From: Basidiobolus meristosporus CBS 931.73
Taxonomy: Eukaryota; Fungi; Basidiobolomycota
Assembly (NCBI GenBank): GCA_002104905.1
Contig: MCFE01000170.1
Location: 1-64,000, forward strand
Reading direction: 5' to 3'
Length of the DNA: 64,000 nt
Part shown: piece by piece, positions 1 through 13,933 of the stretch
Position numbering within the stretch: the first letter of the stretch is position 1
How the letters are laid out: every line of letters begins with the position of its first letter
The notes under the pieces: generated by a model
Told to the model about the DNA's origin: nothing
Database searches by the model: none
What the model saw: the letters and a program-made list of their open reading frames with translations, nothing else
Made by a program: the position numbers and the translations under genes

Positions 1-857
1 ACAGGAGAAGCCTGAATACTACCCTATGCTAGTCCAAGTATTCTCAACATACACTCAAGAAGTACAAAATGGAAGACTGTAAACTGGCAGCTGCCCCAAT
101 GGAGACAAACCTCAACTTGGTCAAAACTCAACAAATCAAGAGAGCTTGGTGCCATCTGAAAGCCCAAAACTCCCTTACCAGCTTATGGTAGGTAGTCTGA
201 TGTATTTCATGCTTGGAGCATGTCCAGACTTTTCATATTTAGTGGGAGTTGTCAGCCAGGATAATCAGAACTATGAATCCAATCATACCACAGCAGCTAA
301 GTAGATTTTTAGATACCTAAAAAGAACTGCTGAAATCTGCTTAAGATACACTAATAAGGATTCAGAGCAGCATCTTGTGGAATGCTCTGATGCTGATTGG
401 GGATGAGCCTTAGAAGACAGAAGACCCACTTCAGGATACATGTATCTTTATTATAAAGGAGCAATATCATGGAATTCAAGAGAGTAACCAAACATAGCAC
501 TTTCCACCACAGTGGCAGAGTATATGGCAGCACATGAAGCTACAAAAGAGATAATGTGGTTAAGAGAGCTTTTTAAAGATTTAGGCTTATGTCAAAAAAT
601 GCCTATTACTTTATATCAAGATAATCAAGAATTTATATTATTAGGTAGAAACCAAACTTTGCATGCTAGAGCTAAGCATATAGATATAAGACATCATTTG
701 ATATGTGCACCTATAGAGAATAACCTAGCTAGCTTAGTTTACTGTCCTACTGATGAAATGATTGTAAACATATTTACCAAACCACTGGCTAGAGACAAAT
801 TTAGATATTATAAATCACAGTTGGGACTAGTCAGCACAAGCTTTTATTGAGAGGGAG
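1..857 (+). mobile_element. Ty1/copia retrotransposon 3' end: decayed RT C-terminus and RNase H, then polypurine tract
   Basis: Frame 2 reads PYQLMVGSLMY...SDADWG*...TSGY...AISW...ALSTTVAEYMA...KHIDIRHH...ADEMIVNIFTKPL-type motifs with several in-frame stops. GAGAGGGAG lies directly before the LTR at 858. Confidence 0.93.
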
Positions 858-1199
858 TATTGTAAGAATTTGTAATATCACCTAAATATTTGCCTGCCTT
901 GGTTACTGGGATCATTACCTACAAATTTTAGCAAATATTCACCACACCTGTTGGGAGTTGCTTGGAAAACTTTCACCAAAACAGGTACCCTGAATATGAA
1001 AATTCTCAAAGTTCTCTAAACAGCCCCAAGTCTTGAGCACATTCTCTTGAGACCTTCCCAAGCATATCATACATGAAATTATGCTAATAACATGTAAAAG
1101 TATAAATACAACTTTTACATTCAATAAATCATTAAGTGAAAACTACAAAATCTACTTGTTCTCCCAATCACTTACAGTATTTCCAAGACTGTTACAACA
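858..1199 (+). repeat. 3' LTR of the copia element (LTR family A, ~340 bp)
   Basis: T(A)TTGTAA...TTACAACA termini, follows the PPT, and is homologous to copies at 1841, 18942, 19345, 19836, 21379, 44150 and 50607. Confidence 0.9.
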
Positions 1200-1840
1200 A
1201 GTAGCTGGATTCCAAACTTGGCCTGGGTAACCCTTAGCCTAATCTGCCCCTCCAGAACAGCTCTGCTAGTTTGCCAAATAACTAATTCTAGAGACAATGG
1301 GAGTCATAAAGACTCTATATGAGGTATTAATAAACATCATACTTTTGATCAATAAATCTACAAGTGAATAACATGCAAATCCTCAAGTTCTCTACAAAAC
1401 CTCCAATACTCCTCAGAATATTGCAACAAAAGATTTATAGAAACTCAGTATTCAGCTGTTGGTATAATGATGTTCTGCCAGCCTTGAGTTAATTCTTCCC
1501 TAGTATCTCCAAACACTTCCAGATGCGATTAAGATGCTTAGATCCAACCTTTTATGCGGGGACTAGTACCAAAATGTCAAACATAACCTCCTCAGGAAAG
1601 CTTTATAATACTGCTAGATTATCTTAGTCTACTCTACAGCTGATGAGATGAGTGTTATAAGATTTTGTTAGTACTGGAAGTGATTGGCGAGAGTAAGTAC
1701 ATTAAGTGGGTTTCATTGCATGATCTATTATACATGATTGTAGGACTTGTACACAACATGGTCTTGACAAAAAGATGCTAAATATGCTTGGTAAGATCCC
1801 AAGAGCATATTGTAAGTCTTTGATCTTGCACCCAGATATT

Positions 1841-2172
1841 TGTTGTAAAAGCTTGTAAGTTTACCTAAATATTCACCTGACTTAGTCACTTAGATCAGTA
1901 CCTTCAAATCCTAGAGAATACTGACCAAGTTCCTTGTTGGGATTTACTTTGAATATTTACCCAGATCAGGAAAATTCTCAAAGCTGTCCAAACAGCCCCA
2001 AAACTTGCACACATGTTCTTGAAACCTCCCTTAACCAGTTCTACATGTTTGTTGTGGCAAGACCATGTAAAAGTATAAGTACTACTTTTACCCTCAATAG
2101 ATCATTAAGTGAAAACTATATAGTCTACTTAATCTTCCAATCACTTCCAATATCACCAAAACTCCTACAACA
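1841..2172 (+). repeat. LTR family A copy (solo-like, no matching TSD)
   Basis: TGTTGTAA...CTACAACA, colinear with 858-1199. Flanks ATATT/GAGCA do not match. Confidence 0.85.
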
Positions 2173-4771
2173 GAGCATATGCAGAAATTTTGGAACTGCC
2201 TAGACAACTCCAAGATCTTTAGGCTCTGGGTACCTTATATTTTGATGAAAGATATTCCAAGTAAATTCTGACAACAGATTTGGCCAAAATTCTCTAAGAT
2301 TGGTAGACTCTGATTCAAGCAACTTAGCTAGGTGAATACTTGGATGTAAATTTGAAATATACAGCAGTAATTGCGTATAAACTCAAAATATCACAAGCCG
2401 AAGATAAATATGTGAAGCTCAAATCAGATTACTTTTCACGCAGTATATCAGGTGAAAACGTATAGCCAGCTTGTGATCAAAATTGCTAGCAGTCGCATAA
2501 CAATTGGTGAAGTCCAGGCAAAATACAGTAGCCACTGAGGGCTCAAACAGTATAACACTTCCGCAGTGATTACAAATCAAAGGGTTTTCCTTTTAAAGAT
2601 GCAATTAGCATCAGGTGTGTAACTCATAGTTCAGGAGCTCAATAGATATCAAGTTTTGCCACATACAGTAGGCAGGCATTTCCCAATAAAGCTCCTCATC
2701 GGCTTGATCATCAGCATCAAAGCAGTAAGGCCTTGATAGATTGCATTGAAGTTTTGGTATTTAGACGGATATTGGTATCATATCAGTGTTCTTGCATATT
2801 GAGCATAGAATATAGTAGCAATATCCGCACAAAAAACGAGAGCCCATAGCTTCTTATTCTCTATGCTATGGGCATTTATTAGGGTAATTAGTATATGCAT
2901 TAACCAGAATGAATTGTGTACCAGCTACAATACAAGTGAAATCTCGCATCTGGCAACTAAAATACCATATGAAAATCAGTAGATGTCCAACTTGAATTAA
3001 GCTTTCTAGCTGTCAGAGATGAGAATTACGGTTCATTTCTAGCGTAATACCACATGCAATATATAGGCCGTCTTATACACTATATCTCAGCAAAGTATGC
3101 AGCCTAGCTACTGGCTGTCTGATGGTTATGAGAGATACGAGATTTATGGCATCATTTGGGGCGGAATACCATTACAAAATCATATTGAAATGGTACAAAT
3201 ATTATCACGGAATCGGAAAAATTCAAATTTGAAATTTCTGATAGAGGATATACTGATCTCAGCAAACACGCCAACCGAACCTTGACCTAAGTAACAGAAA
3301 CTTATCACATGGAATTGGTATCTGGTTGGTATGTGGGAGGAACGCGTACGCCGAAGTTAACAGTCTATAGGCAAGAAGGTTGATATTAACGAGCAAGATC
3401 TTGGCACAATGGCTATCCAGCCCAGTACCACCTTTTAATAGTGCTCCTCACCAACCGGCTTTAGCATGATCGACCCCATGACCATTCATCCCAACGCTCC
3501 CCGGTGCTTTCAGGTCTTACTTTTGCCAAATTGTCAATACAGGCCTATCTTCAAGGCTCTGTCAATACCCCTTTCCTGCTTGAATATCCAGCTCCGGCAC
3601 CCCTATATCTCTTTGGGTGTCGCCGATAGAATCCATCAATGCAAAAACAGATATTCGCATGTGCGATTGATAAAACTAAACACCGCCATATATGAGGTTA
3701 AATCACATTTAGCATCACTCCCTCGGGAGACGAAGCCCCAGCTTTGTCGGTAGTATTAGTAGATATAGGCGCAAACGGGTCAAAAGCCTAGAAATATGGA
3801 TGGCATGGCTACTCCAATTGCAGGAGTGATGAATGGTCTATTTTTCAGGAAGGGAATATGAATGATACACCCTATTTTAAACTCATGATGTATTCTTAAT
3901 CCGACTTGATCGCCTGCCTGCACATATATAACAGTAATGCTGGTAACTTCATTATAATAGAAAGCCTAACTGTTACAGTGTATAAGAGGTGTAACTACGT
4001 TGTCCATGATGCATTATTCCCCTTCAGATTTAACCATCCTTGGGCTATCAGCACTCCGCAATCAATAGGTTCTTATACCCGTGATTTAACTGAGCCCGAT
4101 CACGGCTCATTACATTGCTTATTTGAAGAGGACATCCCGGTAAAACAGCACTATTTCCGGATTGGTGGCATCTCCGATCCAGATCAATAGAGTCGACTTC
4201 AAACAAAGGGCCAATAGTAATTGGAATTACAGTGCTAATACTAGGCATTGTAGGATGTGACATCATAGCTCCTCTCGGACTAGCCCTTGAACAGGACATC
4301 TAATACCATTCCAATCGCAGTCAAGAAATCAGCGGCATGCTAGTAACACGAGGCTTCCGAGTGCGTCAAGAGGTACACATATTGTACCAGCAGTTGTATC
4401 TGTCACATGCACTTAAAGCCAATCAAAGCTCGAAGTTGCAACGATCGAGGTGAAAATGATGATAACAGCTTTATACTTCTCCAAACTTGATACTTGTGGA
4501 TGTGCCATTATGGAGAGGTGTCCAGCGATGCCTAAATGTCCAACCATCGTGAAGGACCAAATGAAATACCCATTGGTTGATGAGATATTGCAAAGAAGGT
4601 ATTTTTCCTACTGAACCTTTATTTCGAATGGGTCAGAATTTGTACTGAGAATATCGACCGAGCTTCTTGCAATCTCGCATATACAGAGACAAACATTGCT
4701 CTTTCTCGTTGTTGGGAGCAGTAAGAGGTATTGATAGATGGCATTAATGGAGCAATGTATAAAGCGCTTGA

Positions 4772-6529
4772 TTATGAACGAGGGCTCCTCTCTGGCTTTC
4801 CGATTCGGATGGATTCCAAACGAGACTGTAACCAATGTAGGAATTCAGCTGCTTCCATATTGGTCGGATTTTGTTCACCTGGAGCAAGCGTCACCATGGA
4901 TTCGTTGAAGTTGTTGGAGCTAGGCCCAGCCTTGGCAAAGGGCTTTCCCGCTTCCATGAAAGAGGATCTATTTTTGTGCTCATGGGTGTTGGAGATGGTT
5001 GTCAACGGTCCTACTGATGTTTCCAGGCGTGACTCGATTGGATTCAATACCTGTAATTTACCCTCTATCTTACTTCTCTGTAGCAGGGTGGCATCCTCGG
5101 CGATCTTTTCCCGCATTTTGATAGGTTTCAGCTTCATTCTGGGCCGGATAGTATAGCCTTCCGTACGTTCAGCTGCTATCAATTCAGGGCTCGAAAGGGA
5201 TTCTTTTGGGCTTTCCGAGGCAGGTAACAATGGATACATACTTGTCGAAGAGTTTCCAGAGTCAATGGCAGAGTACATGGATGGTAGGCTATTGGAGATA
5301 GACAGTGGTTTAGTTCCATTCCATTGAGAAGACATCACGGTGCTCGTTAACGGTCCGGACACTCTGGTGTGGATTGGCGGTAACATCCGCGTCGACGTGG
5401 AAAGGCCATGAGCCTTGATGTTGGTATCCTGCCTCTCCCACAATTGTGTTTGTAGATGATCTAGGTTGTTTGCGTATATACTTTCGGCCAATACAGGATC
5501 GGGGTAGGATTCACTGAATGATCCCTGGTCTATAACATTATACCGTCCTGCTGTTGAAGTTGACGGGCTGCCGTGTTTGTAATGAGGAGCCAGCTGGCAG
5601 TCGCTTTGTGCATAGTTGGGTCGGATTGCCTTTTCCTTTCCCTCCCTGGAATGAAAGGGCACATGCGGTGCCAGCGTTGGAAGACTAGGATACATATTGG
5701 ACGGATCTATAGGTACACCTATGGATGATGGCCCATTAGTTTCGTCCCCAGCTACACCGTGTAGTGCCAAACAGGAGGGGGACTCAAAATACTTACTGGC
5801 TTGACCACCGTATTGCATGTGCTCAGGATAACCGCCAGTTCTGAACTTTTCTTGACTATGAGCCCCTGGTGTACTACGTGGAATGGCGCCTGGCCAGTAA
5901 GAGTCATAACGTGGTTCGGGTGGAGAAACAATTGGCTTTAGAGAAGCTTAATGGAAAATCATGGTTTAGAGAGGCAACAGACATAAGCGTGCAACCGATT
6001 AATATATACCTTGCGCATGTCTATTATATGGGTGGTAGAATGTAGGATGACTAACATAAGGATGGGATACTGGGAAAGAAATGGAGCTTTGACGTATTGG
6101 AACTGGTGTGTCGATCCCAGAGTGGTTGAAATAGGGAACATGGATTGAATATCTCCGAGTCTCCGGTTGCTCGTGGATCTTCTCATGCTTTCTGAGGTCT
6201 TGGCGGCGCTTAAAATTCTTACCGCAATACTTTGTACGAAGGGAAAACTGGTTAGCAACCAAATCATAGACCAGGTTGACTGAGGACTCTACCTGACAAG
6301 GAAATGGTTTTAGAGGAACGTGTACGCGCAGGTGCGAGGTAATGTGATCCCGTTTCAGAGTTGATACTTGGCAGTTGTCCCAGTGACATGTCAAACACAG
6401 ATTACTAGTAGATTTCCGACCCACATGGTCATTCGTGAGATGTGTATAAAGGGACTCGGGGGAGAGGAACTCTTGGGAGCACTGTGCCCAACGGCAGGGA
6501 TGAGTTTTTCGTGGATGGTCAATATTCAT
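4772..6529 (-). CDS. pacC: PacC/Rim101-family pH-responsive C2H2 zinc-finger transcription factor, 3 exons (introns about 6230-6292 and 5947-6009)
   Basis: Three fingers [50 protein letters not shown]|[19 protein letters not shown] match the PacC signature. Both 63-nt GT-AG introns join in frame. YPSL and YPLL motifs occur in the tail. Confidence 0.92.
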
Positions 6530-6550
6530 AACTTAGGATTACGAGTGGGG

Positions 6551-7141
6551 GCCAGGTGTCTGAAACGCAATTAAGAGTCTGAACCCCGCATCAATAGAAA
6601 GTACCTAGTGGAAATGCAGATAAGATGAAGTTTGATTCCAACGGGCCCTCTGGGTGTGCAGTATTTGGGAAGTAGTGGAGAGAATAGGAAAACACAAGGG
6701 TAACGATCAAAATGACGGGAAGTCAAATGTATGGCTGATTATATACAAAGTCGCCCGCCCTAAACTCCTTGAAGTCTGAGCTACTAACCCTACTAATTCC
6801 TTGCCAAGCCATACTCTGAATATCTACGAACCATTTGATCTAGCTTAACACCCTGATCTACGTCTGGCAGTTCCATTTGAGACGACAAATATAGTATTCT
6901 TCATTGATCATCTAGGAATAAACGAGTCCATTGCTGCCTGATTTGGAAAGCCACCCATTTCTCACCATCACCATCCAGATAGTGACTAGCTTGCTGCCTC
7001 TCAACCTACTTTTAGCTTTAAGCGGATATGTATTAAAATGGAATTGAGATACGTTTATCTTGAGGCATTCACATATTTAGACAGACTTGGCAATGACCAT
7101 CCTGTGATTCTGATTCGCGCATCTTATTTGCTGTAGCCAAG
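6551..7141. promoter_or_regulatory. Four GCCARG PacC-consensus sites upstream of pacC (possible autoregulation)
   Basis: GCCAGG at 6551, GCCAAG at 6803, CTTGGC at 7086, GCCAAG at 7136. Confidence 0.45.
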
Positions 7142-9375
7142 CCATGCACTTTTAGATGGCCTCTTGTTGCGCGGCCGAATTGGTGGTAAGGCATCAACAA
7201 TCATTATGTCAACACTGAGCTCATGAGATCTGCTCTCCAGCGGGCCTAACATCACATAGGCTTCTGCCATCGACATGAACGGCCTCAGAACGAAAGGGAA
7301 AACACTCTCCCGTGAACATCATCCAATTGCCTGCTCCTTGGAGAACTGCCGACCAATCATCCGGAGGCGCGCCAGAAATTCTTGGGGCTAGCCATCCATT
7401 TTGTCAAGCTATCAATTAAGTGTGCCGGATATGACAAAAGGTATAATTCATTTTAAATTTGTAATCCGCCTGAATGTCTATATTTAGGAAGACCACGAAA
7501 TAGAGTGATTGGCAAGCGAGTTGCATGAGCCTCTCAAGACTGGCAGCTTCAACATGGCTTCTTAGCGCAGTAGCAGCCGTATCTCACGATTGAGCTCCAG
7601 AGTACCTGGACTACGGCACGGCAATGGTGTAGGATGTCCCTTCCACCACGATATGAATCACTACATTGAAGCCTACCACTCTCCAATCCTACACAGCGCA
7701 ATACCTCAATCACGCGAAGCCGTGAACAACAAACATCTTGAGATTCGCTTGGACAGCCTTCGCATCTTATTCGTAGCCAAGCTTTATTCAAGGAGCTTAT
7801 GTCAGATCCATTTATTTTTGCAACCACAATCCACCAAACTGTCTCTGGTAAATCATACCAAGGTTCTAGACCCAACTGGATGAAAGTACCGCTCCCATTG
7901 ACCCAATCGAGTGTACTTACAACTCGTAACGGGCTACATCCGTCATCCGGATAATACCATCTCAAAAATGACTCCTGAGCATCACCGGAATCATGCATTG
8001 GTTATGATGTTGAGAGATGACCTATTTGAAGCGCGAGTGACCGGGCATGCACCAATTGGATAAACGAACTTCAAACCTGAACACTTGGTATTGTAATGCT
8101 CATATTCTCAATTTGGAAAAAAGCAATCCTCGACCATGGTATCGTCAAAAGCGGCTAAGGCAGGCATTTCTGCGACCTACCAAGAAAGTCGAAGAGGTGG
8201 CTAACAGAGTGGTAGGCTCGCGGCAACACCCCTTCCCAGCGCAGCGCAACTCCCAAAGGAGCTGGACATATCCCAGACGGTGGCCCCTCGCCCGAAGCGA
8301 CTCGGCCTACCTATGCGCGCTTGTCTCTCATTCATAATCGCATTCAGAAACCGTTTTATCAGAAGATCACAGCTCAATCTGCTGAGTCCATTTCGGCCAT
8401 GGTTATTTGCCAAGTCTTAGCTCTCAGTAAAATGGGTTTCTAGTCCATATACAGTGTTTTGCACAATTTAATCTCACCGCACATGCGAATCCAGCCCCCT
8501 GCCCAATAACAAACCTACTCCAAGTCAGATTAGGCCGTGCGGAGAACACAATTGGCCCCGAGGGAATGAGTAAGACAGTCGGCTAGTAGCAAATAAACGG
8601 GATCTATCCTTTCCTATCCGAACGCACATATTTGGATGACTTCACTTCGGGAATGGTATCGTGGTTCAGCTACGCTACGATTGTTGCTAACCAAGGAAAA
8701 ACATGGGGCTTGCCAATGAAAAGAACCTCAGAGCAAGTATCAGGAGTCATGAGCAGATTGTCGTCTCACATGCCTGTATACGCCTACTATAGGCTATCGA
8801 AATTGCTTCTGTATTGGATCAAACCGAAAAGGCACCATATTTTAGGTCAAGGCCATACCTTGATACATGTTGGAAACGTGGTAAGAAAGGGCGATTAAGA
8901 TCTTGGTGGGTATGTCATGTGCTTACTCTATTTAGAACCCATCAACTGCACTATCGCAACAATAGCACTTGAGGATACATATATATATATATTTACTCTA
9001 TTCTACTTGGCTCTGAAGATATTTTTGAAAATCCCATGTAAAAATACACCAGAGCCTAGCTTAGCTGGATAAGGCATTCATTTACACGGCTCTTGAACTC
9101 AAATGGTTAATTTACATGGAGGTGAAGGTTGGCGGTCAGGATAGAATTAGGCTCTCGATCGCCTCAGTGGATACCCTAGCCAAGAGATCATGCTTAGCAA
9201 GCAGCTATGGTCCAAATTTGGTCCTGTGGATTGTTGGGATCATAAAACTTGGGATAGCACCATTTATTCATTGTGTTTTGCATGGCCTATAGCACTTAAA
9301 TTACGTGACAAATGCAATGAACTTCGGTTCCAGACTATTGGCAAATTGCTGCTCACTATAAACTATGTTTGGATT

Positions 9376-11753
9376 CTATGAGCTTATCTTTTGAAGCTCG
9401 CTGTTGAATACCTCCTTGACATCTTTCATAGGTGTTCCACGGTCCAGCTTGACCATGACGTTATTTCCTATTGACATCAGCTTGATCCATGAAGGCGCAA
9501 GCTCCGCCCCTAATTTAAGGTGATTTACAACTTCGGCTATAGGAGTATGAGTGAGAACGGCATGCCAATCATCAAAATCCCCAAGGATACATACCTTCGG
9601 ACAGTGGGGTTTTGGAGCTTTCGATGATCTTTCGTACCACTTCACCTTGACGTAGCACTGTTTTCTTAGATGAGGTGAATATGAAGTTGATGGAGTCGGC
9701 TAGTATGGGCAGTCGGCTAAGCATGGTTTTCCGACGAAGGATCTCCGGCGAGAGACCAAACATGATATCCTCATTCCTCTTTTTTTCTTTGGCGCGAATC
9801 TAGCATACGCCAAACGATGTCAGTAGACTGTAGCAATGAAAACCCAGCGCGAATACCAACCCGCTCAAGTAACGATGACGCCTTCGCAATAGCGTTGGTG
9901 TGAGGTGAAGGATTGGTGGCATCCGAGGTTTCCTTGGTCGATTCGCTCTGTGTTAAATAAACATCAGTATTTCATCGCTTGGACTTCAACAATGGTGGGC
10001 CATCTCAAGTACCTCAGCAGACGGTTTGACCAACTTCTCCAGCATCCGGGACTTCGCAATACCTATGACTGGTTTGTCGATCTTCGGTAGCTCCGATTTC
10101 GGTATATCAGGAACGGAGCTGAGGTCGAATTGTGGATGCCATTTAATCAGCGTCCTGTTCTTTGTATCCACGCTAACCGCCAGGGAAGCCAAGAATTTCT
10201 GCGCCAGACTCATTAGGTATGGCGTTCAATATCGGTCGAATTTCTGTGACAACCTACCTGATGCTCAGCCTTCACTATATTGACCAGTCTACGACGAAAC
10301 TCTTTCAGGCGCTCCTCAAGCTTGGATCCCGCGAGTTTCAACGTTTCATAAATATTGGATTGATCGTCGTACAATTTGCCAGCATCGTCATTAACTTCCA
10401 GAAGCACGGACTCGATGCGCTGGCCCTGGTGCATGTATTTGACAGCCTCGTACTTGAAAGCCTCGGGATATACAGTTTTGATCTGTGCCAAATGATCCAG
10501 GGAAAAGGTTCTAAATCATAAGACGTTAACCACAGGATCGTCAACAACTTGGTCAGATGATCCATGGTCATACCGATTACACATATTCTCGACTGGCTTC
10601 TTCATACGATGATAAACGCAATTGAGGTTCTGACTCTTGAAGAATACAATAGTGTGATGAAGAGCGTGGAATATCTTTTCGAGGGTCTCGAACTTCTCGG
10701 GCAGTGGTAGATCGATTTTCCCCGCCAACAGATGGCTGTGTTTCTTAAACCCTGGGACTGTATTTTGCGACACGGGCTTGACAGACGAGAAGGTGGTTTC
10801 CTTTGGTGCTCTACGATTTCGGGATGGTTAGGAATGAACATGATTGAATGTAATGCGATCAAAATCCAACATACTCTGGAACCTGAGGCTTGCTACTCTC
10901 ATTTTGAGAAGGCTTCAACAGGTGTCGGTATTTAATATATCCCGGTGTTTTGCTGATGGCTTTTGTGGGTTCAGAAGCAACGGGGCTGGGTTCGGCTTCT
11001 GTGTTACTCGATGCTGACTCTTCATCAACTTTTGGCTCTGAGGGCTTCAAGTCCAGAGGCTGCTTAGTAGACCTGGTCATTATCAGTTAAAAACAGTGCA
11101 GTTGAAAGAACACTGAGCGAATTCACTGACGATTGGATATCTTTCTCGGGCAGGCCAGTTGCTTGGTCATCAACCTTTTCGAAGGAAAAGTTGGATTTGA
11201 TTAAGGCCTCAGCATCTTTGACGCCTTTTTCCGCGCTAAAATGGGCCACGCTTAGTTATTACGGAAGACCAGTCTAGAAGACCACAGCCATGTCTGCTTT
11301 ACCTTTGCTTAGGGGGATTTAAGAAGCCTTCCAGCTTTGGCTGAACAAGCTTGCGTCTTGACCGAGTAAGAATTCTATCGATAATATTTTGAGTGGGGCC
11401 AGTTACCACTGCGGAGGGCTCACTTGACTTTCCTTCAGCAGGCTCAGTAGGTGTTTCCTAAAGCTCCCATGTGAGAAGCCATCTTTACGAATTCGGATGA
11501 AAGTAACTCTCCTAACCTGAGGCTCCAACTTCTTTAGTCGCGCACTAGTCCTGGTTTTCTTAACTGGAGGGGTTTCCGAGAGTGCCGCGTCTAGGATCGC
11601 GAGAGCTCTTTTCTTTAGGGAGATGAGTGTCCGTACTAGCCAAAGTGAATGGGTGCAGGTGGCAAAACTAACCTTGTTTCCGGACTCTTTGACATTCGTG
11701 GTTCCTCGTTTTTGTACAGCAAGGAAATTCTTTAATGTTTGTGCCTGACTCAT
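9376..11753 (-). CDS. CDT1: DNA replication licensing factor Cdt1, multi-exon
   Basis: LPLPEKFETLEKIFHAL...KKPVENMCN..AQIKTVYPEAF (CDT1 domain) and LSRLPILADSINFIF...HLKLGAELAPSWIKL...VKLDR (C-terminal winged helix), spread over ORFs separated by GT-AG introns. Confidence 0.9.
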
Positions 11754-12449
11754 GGTGAAAGGCGTTTGGTGGTAGTAGACAGGCTTTCGTCAAACTGGAG
11801 TGAAGGAATGGAAAATACAAAAGAGATGTTGTTGGATTATGTTTGAATTTCAACAAGTCCCTGAGAAAATCATAACAATCAATACCATTTTCGGGTTAAA
11901 AAACAATATCAATCGCTGCTGATTGGTCACTCGCGCATCAGTCCATTTCCACATTCACCTGGCGCGTTGATCGATATCCTTAATCGACGCACAGATTAAC
12001 CTCTTCAGATTTACCGATGCGTGATCGATTATTGTTAATTCCGTAACCAGCAGGACTTCCGGAAGCCTAAACTGCAAATTGATTGACATCGCTTCAACCA
12101 TTACGGCTACATATCATAACCCCAAAAGATCTGACGATTGCGTAAGCTGCAAATATTAACACATCACAATCTCTGTTTGTGTAATACAAATAAATGCACC
12201 TGCCAGTTGAGTGAATCCGATTGATACGAGAGAAATGTACTTGCTTGAGGTACAGTAATACTAAAATCACGGGATATATGATTAAGTGTAGTTCAAACTA
12301 CGAATACTTGTGTAAATTTCATAAAACGCGCAAGAATCTGTTTTATACAAGGATAGCTGTACAAATACATGCCCAACATAAATGCCATGGGTCACTATGT
12401 TATCAAAGAGTTCATGAGATTTCCAGCCACTCTACAACTAGGGAAAAGC

Positions 12450-13502
12450 CTAATCAAGAATGTGGATTGGAGCTATGGTAATTTGATATGATTGGTTAGG
12501 AAGGTTTCTATAGTAAGGAATTGGACTACAAAAGTGAACCATACATCTTGTATATATATTCATGAGAGCATACAGAAGCAAAAGCATCATTCAAGCATGC
12601 GCAAAAGGTGAAGCGATATAATACTGAAATACAGAACGATCTCCAAGAGATTGATTCTAACCTTTATCATAATATCGGTGCTCTCCAAGCATTCCTGCAT
12701 ATCGGAGTATGGATAGAATATTCATAGATAAATCTCATGAAGGTTGATACTTTCCAGCTCACCTACAGCCTTAAATTCTACATACATCCTGGCTGCCTCT
12801 TCGAAAGATACTGAATTTCATGTAGTTGCTAAACTTTGTATCCTATACCTTGAATATGCCTCCACGCTGAATGAGGTAGTAGTTGATTTTACATGTTGCA
12901 ATAGCTATATTTATCTCTCTACATAGAGAAATTTCAAGCTTCCCAAAAGCAAGACCTTAGCTCAAGTCTTGGCTTCTGCTCACCAAAGGTTGGGCATTCC
13001 AAATTGTACAGGATTGTTACAATTTCTAGAAATACACATCTGTAAGCAGAATAACCTACACGCAATAGCATAACAGGGAATCAAGAGTGTCGCCAAGTGT
13101 ACCTCTAAGGGTATTATGTGTCCATACACCACCTTCTTTTGGTATTTTACCAACTGCCCCGTACTGTTCTGAGGGCCTCATTTGTAAAGTTGCACGAACC
13201 AGTAAAAAGGTAGACAATGGATATTCATAAACACGTGTTACAGCAAAGCCTCCATCCCTGCCAGAAATCAATGCTATGGACGCCCATCACCAAAGGAACA
13301 TTCCAAATAAAGCGATCATAACATTCATCTCAGTTGGAAATCCTGTATCGGTCAAGTTATTTACTTCACCAGGATATTCGTGGGCAGTTATGCTTGCATA
13401 ACTGGACCAAAACGAATATTTAATTGGTGTAAGATAAAGTGATACAGCCAGAAGATACATTCTTATTGTTGTGTTACACACTCTACCTCTAGCATTTGCC
13501 AA
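12450..13502 (-). pseudogene. Broken gene-like reading frames of unknown family
   Basis: ORFs 13287-13502 and 13056-13271 share one frame split by a single TGA (GMFLW*WASIALISG). Further stop-interrupted protein-like stretches continue to about 12450. Confidence 0.3.
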
Positions 13503-13933
13503 GAAGTAGAATTGGCCACCTACGAGTCACACCCAATTTTATGTATTTCGGTCATAGTACACAGGGATTCGCTGAGATCGGCCGTTTAAGGTGCTACATA
13601 TCCTTAGCTCAATACACAGATCATTTGCAGCAAGGTGAAATACAGGGTTAAACGTTTATTGAATACACGCTGCAGAGGCTGTCTAGGTATGTTACATAGA
13701 AGAAGTTAAGGTGTTGGATTCATAGGCAATGGTCATCACTTATGTTCCAAGTGGTCTGCGAAAAGATAGAATACAGCGTCTTTGGGTGAACGATGTATAC
13801 TAGGATATATATATATATATGTACAAGCAGTATGAATAACTCGCACTAATGCTATAATCAATATCGTTGGTGTTCTGAATAAACCATTTGAGGACTCGGT
13901 GTCTTGAAGGAATATTCTGAGATAGACCGTGAT

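Noticed and set aside
1330-1428. Short LTR-like 3' fragment ending TTGCAACA
   Set aside because: Too degenerate to define a 5' end or assign to a family.
4731-5156. Many 60-140 aa ORFs antisense to real genes or inside LTRs (e.g. 4731-5156, 14154-14441, 1934-2203, 50620-51054)
   Set aside because: They are shadow frames of coding exons or repeats with no recognisable motifs.
9788-9796. Perfect E2F-like TTTGGCGCG
   Set aside because: It lies inside a CDT1 coding exon (IRAKEKK), so it is probably coincidental.
13287-13289. In-frame TGA joining two ORFs as possible selenocysteine or readthrough
   Set aside because: The context (LW*W) is not a redox motif, no SECIS was recognised, and flanking frames carry other stops. 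Ordinary decay is simpler.
8979-13821. Short (TA)n runs near 8980 and 13806
   Set aside because: Ordinary microsatellites in 3' flanking regions.
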